Below are positions 1 through 6,524 of a stretch of 64,000 nucleotides of DNA, piece after piece. This DNA comes from a virus, in the IMG/VR virus record IMGVR_UViG_3300031867_000045, positions 1 through 64,000 of that record. The stretch is one strand, 5' to 3'. The translations under genes were made by a program, and so were the position numbers. Below the pieces are notes generated by a model. It did no database searches, was not told where the DNA came from, and saw only the letters and a program-made list of their open reading frames with translations. Each line of letters opens with the position of its first letter. The stretch's first letter is position 1.

Positions 1-667
1 GTTCTTTTTCAGATTGGTTAAGAATGACATAATTATTTCTCCTTTTCTTATGTTTTTTTCAAGACGCTTCAAATTTTAGCAAATTTTCAAAGTAAATAAA
101 AACTATATTTGATTGCCATTTTCGGCAATCTATTTTTCTTTAGTAGAAGAATAGCAACTCTCGCAAGAATCACATTCCCATATTTGATTTAATCTAATAT
201 GTAATATCATTTTATTGTTTTGTTATTATTGCTGTATACCAGTAACATTTAACCGGCGCGTCTTATCACGACACTTCAATTATCGGGACAAGTGCAGGAT
301 TTTAACCTGCGTTTTCTCCTTTAAAGGGAGACGATCTAAACGCTGATCTAACTCGTCAATAATATTGCTGTCGATGTCGTATCATTCTATATGCTAAACG
401 CAAAATGCGTTAAAGCCAAAACTTCAAGACTCCATAAGGTATTAAAAGAGGCACTGTGCTACCGTTACACTACCATGCCGGAATCGAACCGAACCTGCGC
501 CTTGGAATATTTTATAACCAAAAATTGCTGTCGGAGTCTTATCAAATATTAAATTATCAAGACACATTGTTTGCGACCCTATCGGGTTTGGCGGACTTGA
601 ACCGCCTAAATATAACAGCCAAAAGTAATATTATTATCCATGCGTAAATTTGCTGTATGTGTCTTAT

Positions 668-1213
668 TTATTTACTGTAAATAAATTTTTCAAAATACTT
701 CGGTGGAACATATTTAGTCAAATATACTCCATTTTCTGATTTGAAAAATTTAATACCGTTTTTGTACATTAGCCTTGAATTAATGACAATTACCACGGGA
801 TTTCCGTGCCGCCTTCCTACATTAAATGCCGTCTTTTCATCGGAAGATAAATGAACATATAAACGGCTTTGCGGTTTGATACCTTGCTTTGAAATTGAAT
901 CATAAAATTTAGTGCAGGTTCCATGATACAATATAGAGGGCGGTTCAACCTCTTTCAATTCAACATCTACATTGATCGAATGACCTTGATTTGCCCTAAT
1001 CTTTGTTTTATCAGAATTAAATGAATATCTTTGTTTACTGTCCGACTTGACAATTTCTTCAAGTATAGACATATCTATACGATATTTCCTATTAATTCCC
1101 GCTATCAGTTGTTTTACGTCAGCCCAGCCGTGAGAGTCGAGTGTGATCCCTGCTTCTTCTGGCTTATGCCTCAGAATTAAACTGATATATTTACTTAAAT
1201 TAGTGTAAGACAT
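668..1213 (-). CDS. kptA: RNA 2'-phosphotransferase (Tpt1/KptA family)
   Basis: 181 aa, alignable along its whole length to E. coli KptA: FLSxxLRHKPE, GWAD, RANQGHS, LYHGT, RLYVHLS, ARxHGxPVV motifs all present. Confidence 0.8.
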   Translation of the reverse strand: MSYTNLSKYISLILRHKPEEAGITLDSHGWADVKQLIAGINRKYRIDMSILEEIVKSDSKQRYSFNSDKTKIRANQGHSINVDVELKEVEPPSILYHGTCTKFYDSISKQGIKPQSRLYVHLSSDEKTAFNVGRRHGNPVVIVINSRLMYKNGIKFFKSENGVYLTKYVPPKYFEKFIYSK

Positions 1214-1235
1214 ATCTATCCACCTTTGAACTAAT

Positions 1236-1310
1236 TGGTGCGCGTAGTGGGAGTCGAACCCACCTAAACACGATTAAAAGTCGTGTGCATAGCCGCTTTG
1301 CTACACGCGC
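1236..1310 (-). tRNA. tRNA-Lys (anticodon TTT)
   Basis: 75-nt cloverleaf on minus strand; anticodon stem cacga/tcgtg, loop cTTTTaa; T-arm gtggg-ttcgact-cccac; CCA encoded. Confidence 0.75.
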
Positions 1311-1546
1311 ATAAATCGATATATACGAATAGCAAATCCGCGTTGACCCACATATATCAGATGGGATTAAGTTCTTTTTGTTTTAATATGCCATAAATAT
1401 CGTTTGTTCTGGTAAAACGGTGTAGAACTTTTGTAGAATAACACCAAATAACCCACCAATCATTTAAGAATCGTTTGGTCGCGACAATACCGCCGGATTA
1501 ACATAGGCGTTCGACTATTTGTATGGCTACTACGCATAGCTGCGTT

Positions 1547-1620
1547 TGGAGGGAGGTGCAAGATTTGAACTTGCCCGGACAGTGCCACAAACTGACGTGC
1601 TACCGCTACACTAACCACCC
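1547..1620 (-). tRNA. tRNA-His (anticodon GTG); position -1 is U, so no G-1 is encoded
   Basis: 74 nt; D-stem gtgt/gcac; anticodon loop ttGTGgc with G37; T-arm gcaag-ttcaaat-cttgc; acceptor gggtggt/acctccc; CCA encoded; base 5' of position 1 is U. Confidence 0.65.
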
Positions 1621-1689
1621 ATATACAAAGGACAAAATGATAAACAAATTGCCCTCAATATCCATTATTCTTTATGGGGCTTCTAATTC

Positions 1690-2013
1690 TTAAATGGATT
1701 CACTTTGTTTTGTCTCATAATCCTTACGATATACACATTCTGCAATTACTTCCATATCGCCACAAATCACCATTTGAAGAACTATAATGTCTTTATCTGG
1801 ATCATCTACATAACGAGTGCGACAAAATCTATCATCAAAATCTGTTTTTGTCTTTTGAGCCTTATTTCCACCCTCATGGAGTAATTCATTAGCTCGTTTA
1901 CTGTTGAGGTTAAATCTCTCAAACCAACTTTTAGAATGATTTTTGAGGATGGCACCTGTCACAGCATTGATCTTGATGCTCTGGCTACTCGAACTTGAAT
2001 AACTGTTGAACAT
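1690..2013 (-). CDS. hypothetical protein
   Basis: 107-aa ORF between tRNA-His and a membrane protein gene; no recognisable motif. Confidence 0.4.
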   Translation of the reverse strand: MFNSYSSSSSQSIKINAVTGAILKNHSKSWFERFNLNSKRANELLHEGGNKAQKTKTDFDDRFCRTRYVDDPDKDIIVLQMVICGDMEVIAECVYRKDYETKQSESI

Positions 2014-2015
2014 TA

Positions 2016-2426
2016 CTATGAAATCAATCCTTTAACAACACCATAGAATTGAACTTCCGGAATAAAACACCATTTCAATAATGAGGTTAAATTTATAGCA
2101 ACCAATACGATGCAGGTGATAAATAATACGCCTATTCCGCAAGCCAAAATTGTCGTTACAAGTATAACATCTTCATCATCTTCGTCCGAATCATTGTCCC
2201 ATTTTTTATACTTTTTCTTTAATTTAAAAGATAAGAAAATACCAACGATAATGCCAATGATACCAATACCAAGCCAAATAGAGTTATTTGTAATTGAGTA
2301 AGCACGATATCTCTCCATAATATCTTGGATATACGGAACGATATTCTCAGCACTCCAATTGATTGCAATATTAAATTTTTCGGCAAGATAATTCAATACT
2401 TCTATGATCTGTTCAGAAACTTCCAT
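2016..2426 (-). CDS. hypothetical membrane protein
   Basis: 136 aa with two hydrophobic helices (IVGIFLSF..., ILACGIGVLFITCIVLVAI). Confidence 0.45.
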   Translation of the reverse strand: MEVSEQIIEVLNYLAEKFNIAINWSAENIVPYIQDIMERYRAYSITNNSIWLGIGIIGIIVGIFLSFKLKKKYKKWDNDSDEDDEDVILVTTILACGIGVLFITCIVLVAINLTSLLKWCFIPEVQFYGVVKGLIS

Positions 2427-2437
2427 TACTATCTCCT

Positions 2438-3211
2438 TTACTCACCAACAAAAATTAAATCATCAATATATTTCCGACCTTCGCCCTTGAAAACGGGAAT
2501 TTCATCATCAATCACCCACGAACTTCTGCCGGTAGTCTGATCGACTTTGCGAATACAACAACTGCCACGCTTATATTTTGTCGGATAACTATTCCAGTCA
2601 ATTCCCTTTTCATTGAGCAACATCTTGATGATCTCGCTCGTATTTTTACCGTGCATTTGCTTATCGGAAAAGTTTGCATGACCGACCATTTGAATCGAAT
2701 TTCTGATCGCGTCCTGCTGCCGCCAATAAATATTATTGGCTACTTCCTCTTTCGGAATGTTAAATACACGAGCATCAAACATAGCGCCCTTTGTTTCTGC
2801 TATTCCATGTGCGCAATCCCAGCCGATAACCCAACCGCGTGAGAACGCTTTATTAAAAGCTAACGTCGCCATGCTTGCCGCTACGCTTGCACATTTTTGA
2901 ATGTTGTAATCAAACCACGCGGTGGTATTAAGTTCTTTGTAGTCGATCAAAACTAATGTGATCTCGTCCGACTGAGTATAACCAAGAACGCAACCTTGAA
3001 TATTCTCACATAGATATCGCATAGTGTCTTGCATAGCCGCCGAAAGAACAGTATCAAATGGTCTTTGGAATCCGCGAGTGAAAGTATGAAATGCCTTACC
3101 GTCGATTCTGATAATGACCGGCGTTCTCGTAGTTAAATAATTCCGAGAAACATATTCATATTTTTTCATTCTCTTATCGAAGTCGCTGTATTTGCTCATA
3201 ACGTATTTCAA
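2438..3211 (-). CDS. Thg1-like tRNA-His guanylyltransferase
   Basis: 257 aa with Thg1 signature blocks: TPVIIRIDGKAFHTFTRGF, GYTQSDEITLVL, plus the downstream acidic/aromatic regions typical of Thg1/TLP. Confidence 0.7.
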   Translation of the reverse strand: MKYVMSKYSDFDKRMKKYEYVSRNYLTTRTPVIIRIDGKAFHTFTRGFQRPFDTVLSAAMQDTMRYLCENIQGCVLGYTQSDEITLVLIDYKELNTTAWFDYNIQKCASVAASMATLAFNKAFSRGWVIGWDCAHGIAETKGAMFDARVFNIPKEEVANNIYWRQQDAIRNSIQMVGHANFSDKQMHGKNTSEIIKMLLNEKGIDWNSYPTKYKRGSCCIRKVDQTTGRSSWVIDDEIPVFKGEGRKYIDDLIFVGE

Positions 3212-3399
3212 TCTCCGTTGTAATGTTTATTGAATAGTTCTTCCGCCCGTTTCATATCTTCATCAAATTGTTGTTTGGTTTTGTAAAAAGGGCAATTTCC
3301 ACGAGTTTCGCATAACTTTTCGCGTAGAATAACACATTTTTCGCGAAATTCGTTTCCTCCTGGATTTGCGAAACAATCGTAATATTTCTTATCCGTCAT
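3208..3399 (-). CDS. small Cys-rich protein, translationally coupled upstream of thg1
   Basis: 63 aa with CxxxxxxxxC...CxxxGNC pattern; its stop overlaps the thg1 start (ATGA). Confidence 0.35.
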   Translation of the reverse strand: MTDKKYYDCFANPGGNEFREKCVILREKLCETRGNCPFYKTKQQFDEDMKRAEELFNKHYNGD

Positions 3400-3422
3400 A
3401 TGTATTTTCCTTTACTTGTTCA

Positions 3423-3497
3423 TGGCAGGGTGACAAAGACTCGAACTCTGACTTTCGGTTTTGGAGACCGACGTTCTACCAGTTAAACTACCACCCT
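3423..3497 (-). tRNA. tRNA-Trp (anticodon CCA)
   Basis: 75 nt; anticodon stem tcggt/accga, loop ctCCAaa; T-loop ttcgagt; CCA encoded. Confidence 0.7.
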
Positions 3498-3675
3498 GTA
3501 GTTGGGCGTTTTTGAGTTGTCGCCCGCAACTGTTTAGGTTAAAACAATATTGTAATTATCATGTTCGATGATTCCTCGCTGACCTATATCAGCAATTACT
3601 ACATCTTCGTTATCCGTTACGGTAAGAGGTAAAACATGATAATAAAACTATTCAGTTCAATGAGTTATGAACCGA

Positions 3676-3752
3676 TGGTGACTGCGGAGGGAATCGAACC
3701 CTCACTCTCCACCTTGAAGGGGTGGCGACTTATACCGTTCGTCTACGCAGCC
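3676..3752 (-). tRNA. tRNA-Glu (anticodon TTC), with an unusual C33
   Basis: 77 nt; anticodon stem ccacc/ggtgg, loop ccTTCaa; T-arm gaggg-ttcgatt-ccctc; CCA encoded. Confidence 0.5.
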
Positions 3753-3946
3753 ACATATGTCCTCGTCTTTCCGAGGTGCCACTTATTATTGGATTCCAAC
3801 CCCCAACGTTAATAAGAAACGCGGATGGTTTTTCTGGAATTAGAGGACATAACCATCAACCTCTTAACATTCTCTGCATACGGATTTGCACCGTTTCTCC
3901 ATCTTTTCTTCGATGGCGTTTTACCTTATAAACTATATAACAGAGA

Positions 3947-4022
3947 TGGTAGCTCTGGCGGGAGTCGAACCCAGCGTCACACGATTGAGAGCCGCGTATC
4001 TTAACCGCTTGACTACAGAGCC
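3947..4022 (-). tRNA. tRNA, anticodon tentatively CTC (Glu)
   Basis: 76 nt; D-arm gtca...agcggtta; anticodon stem cgcgg/tcgtg (two G-U pairs), loop ctCTCaa; T-loop ttcgact; ACCA encoded. Confidence 0.4.
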
Positions 4023-4239
4023 ATATAGATTATCCAACAACCGCCGTTAATTAGTGGCGACCCGATTTTTACGTTTATCGGAAAACGCTTTTTTGATCGG
4101 CAATTTATTAATCGCATAAGCCTTATAGCGATAATCTCTGTTGTTGGCTTTTGCCGTCTTTCCAGCTGTCGTCGATGGTTTCATTCCGAATCCAAGAATA
4201 AAACCAAGAGAAGAAATTTAAAATGAACTTAGCGGTTCA

Positions 4240-4692
4240 TGGTGGAGCTGGTGGGTGTCGAACCCACGTCCAAAATTCATACTCAAATTAACTATTTTTA
4301 CGCAATAGACTAATTTTCACTGAATCCGTATTAGTCAAACGCTGGGTTCATTCAAATAGGTCGCCAGTTACCTTTGGGAATGTAAAGGTTTATACTTTAC
4401 AATCGTCCACCACTTACTTTTTAGGAAAGCAAGAAAACCATCGCATGCGGCACCACTTGTTTTTAAGGCTCAAACAAGAAACCATCATTCAATATTCGTC
4501 CGACAAATTAACCGAATGACAGGTGTTTACCGGAATCTGGATCAAGCCGCAGTTCTCTTAGAGAGAGCAGCGACAAGAGCCGGATGAAATACAACAGTAG
4601 TATTGTCGTTTATTTTTGTTTTGCGCCGTAAGGTGGATCGCCAACCTGCGAAGTTAATTCTTTCAAAACCCTGTCGAATCCAATTCAGCCCC
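4240..4692 (-). ncRNA. ssrA: tmRNA (ssrA-like transfer-messenger RNA)
   Basis: 5' end GGGGCTGAATTGGATTCGACAG and 3' end GGACGTGGGTTCGACACCCACCAGCTCCACCA match the tmRNA tRNA-like domain (E. coli GGGGCUGAUUCUGGAUUCGACGGG and GGACGGGGGUUCAAAUCCCCCCGGCUCCACCA). An internal frame ends ...NDNTTVVFHPALVAALSKRTAA-TGA, which looks like a tag peptide. Confidence 0.65.
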
Positions 4693-4838
4693 ATATTATA
4701 GAAACTTGTTACCGACATTTGCGGAAAGAAAGTTGTTGGCAAGCGCACATTTTACTAAAACTTGCCGATTTGACGATGTGCTTTAATTTAGTTAATGGTA
4801 TATATCGATGCCAATGGGCGTACCGCCAAGAATGGCGG

Positions 4839-4933
4839 TGGCGGAGCGGGTGGGACTCGAACCCACACACCGAGATCGCTCGGCTACTTTCTGTGTAGCA
4901 AACAGATACCTTACCAATTAGGTTTACCGCTCC
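4839..4933 (-). tRNA. tRNA-Ser (anticodon GCT), class II with long variable arm
   Basis: 95 nt; anticodon stem tctgt/acaga, loop ttGCTac; long variable arm; T-arm gtggg-ttcgagt-cccac; CCA encoded. Confidence 0.7.
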
Positions 4934-5550
4934 ATTTCTATCGGTTTTAGACTCCATTTATATCCAAAAGCTGTTTTACTCAAACCTCTGGCACAATCAC
5001 TAATATGACCTGGTTTTTTACCAATAAATCTTGCAGCATCAGAATATGATTCAAATGTATGTAATAAGTTGCCGTTAAGATCATATTGATAAATAATCAT
5101 ATGATTTTCTAAATTACTATAATCTTTATTATTAATTGCGTAGTCAATAATATTTTCTGCCGTAAAGTCATCCACACAAAGAGGGATTGAAGCATTTACT
5201 TTTCTTCTACTAAATGCCAATGTCCTTGTAGAACCATTGCAAAATTCAATCGGTAAAAGATAACATTGATTATTGTAATATGTTCCAATCATATCAATTT
5301 CATTTTTCGTGTATTCATGTTTTACATTTTCTTTGCCGGAAGTTGTAATTGAATATGCTTTAATTTTGATTCCCGTTTCAACTTCTACGCAACTTTTTAT
5401 TTGAACTCTTAATAATAAGTTATTAACATCAAGTATAAAATCGTATTTGCAATCTTCTCCAATAGGAACACTCACATTATATCCAAGAGAAGTTAGATAT
5501 GCCTCACACAATAATTCTGTTGCTATCCCTTTTGCTTTACCATTAAACAA
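4924..5550 (-). CDS. homing-endonuclease-like protein (PD-(D/E)XK-like N-domain plus C-terminal NUMOD/AP2-like DNA-binding repeat)
   Basis: 208 aa. N-terminal motif ELLCEAYLTSLGY...DxxxDFIL..RVQIKS resembles a restriction-endonuclease-like core. C-terminal IYQYDLNGNLLHTFESYSDAARFIG..GxISDCARGLSKTAFGYKW is a typical homing-endonuclease DNA-binding module. The stop lies in the 10 nt overlap with the 5' acceptor strand of tRNA-Ser. Confidence 0.5.
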   Translation of the reverse strand: MFNGKAKGIATELLCEAYLTSLGYNVSVPIGEDCKYDFILDVNNLLLRVQIKSCVEVETGIKIKAYSITTSGKENVKHEYTKNEIDMIGTYYNNQCYLLPIEFCNGSTRTLAFSRRKVNASIPLCVDDFTAENIIDYAINNKDYSNLENHMIIYQYDLNGNLLHTFESYSDAARFIGKKPGHISDCARGLSKTAFGYKWSLKPIEMER

Positions 5551-5989
5551 ATTATTCGTTCACCTATTCGCCTATTCAATTTATGGAACTTTGCACTCCG
5601 CAAATATTTAATTTATCACGGAGTGCTTACCGCTCCATATATCCCGCGACTTCCGCCAAAACTATTATGTATCAAATGGTTGCCTTTTGCGAGCCGCGAG
5701 GAATATAGTTTGTTACCTTAGCTGTTATCTCTTTGAATGTTGCAATCAATCTCAGAAGTAGGTTGCTATCCTAATCGTTTATCATCAATTCCGTAGCCAA
5801 TTCGGAAAGATGGATAATCGAAGCCGTGAATCCCGACTCAACATATTGTTCATTTCGCTAAAATGTCACAAAACACGCTGCTTTAGTTGAAACAGTACCC
5901 CATTCTTTGCGGTAAAGAATATGAAAACCCCAATTTCCATAAAGTCTATCGGATAACCAAACTTTGCGGCTAAAGGCAGTTCGACCTTT

Positions 5990-6065
5990 TGGCTGGGTCA
6001 CTCGGAATCGAACCGAGAGCGGTGGGGTCAAAGCCCACTATGTTGACCGGTTACACCACAACCCA
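5990..6065 (-). tRNA. tRNA-Gln (anticodon TTG)
   Basis: 76 nt; anticodon stem gtggg/cccac, loop ctTTGac; T-arm ctcgg-ttcgatt-ccgag; CCA encoded. Confidence 0.6.
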
Positions 6066-6225
6066 TCGTGTGATCGAGCCACAGGACTCACACCTGCGGG
6101 AATGAAGGTTAGGGTTGACTGCGCACATCTCACCTAACAGCATTTATTATTAATCTCGTTCTTTTACTTTACTTCATTACTTCATAATCCGTGCTTTTAA
6201 GAGATTTTCTTTTTGGTCAAGATGT

Positions 6226-6296
6226 TGTGGGAGTCGAACCACACCCTTCCGCCCTTACGCGGGCAGCGTGCTATCCGCTACACTATCACTCTAATC
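6226..6296 (-). tRNA. atypical tRNA-like element (possible pseudogene), anticodon unresolved
   Basis: Canonical D-arm (tagtgtagcggatagcac) and T-loop (ggttcgactccc) are present, but I cannot fold a 7-nt anticodon loop or a matching acceptor stem. Confidence 0.3.
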
Positions 6297-6387
6297 TCTG
6301 CCACCCATCAACAAAATTGTACGGTTTCATTAATGGTTGTACGTTGTGGCACATTTCATATGGCTTTATACTCACTACTCGATCAAA

Positions 6388-6461
6388 TGGAGCGAATAAA
6401 GGGATTTGAACCCTCACAATCAGAATGGAAATCTGATGTGCTACCGTTACACCATATCCGC
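6388..6461 (-). tRNA. tRNA-Gly (anticodon TCC)
   Basis: 74 nt; anticodon stem tcaga/tctga, loop ttTCCat; T-loop ttcaaat; CCA encoded; acceptor gcggata/tattcgc. Confidence 0.7.
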
Positions 6462-6524
6462 AGATTTGTGGGAGGGAAGCGAGGTGTGAAACCCTCCCAC
6501 GAGGTAATCTATAGTTACAAATTA

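Noticed and set aside
456-647. ORF-track entry 456-647 (+), 63 aa
   Set aside because: It lies over tRNA-like D-arm and T-arm fragments on the opposite strand and has no RBS. It is more likely non-coding RNA-derived sequence than a protein gene.
3722-3931. ORF 3722-3931 (+), 69 aa
   Set aside because: It starts inside tRNA-Glu on the opposite strand and crosses an intergenic spacer. It is unlikely to be coding.
4542-4748. ORF-track entry 4542-4748 (-), 68 aa
   Set aside because: It falls entirely inside the tmRNA. Only its 3' portion (...ALVAALSKRTAA-stop) is meaningful, as the candidate tag reading frame, not as a stand-alone gene.
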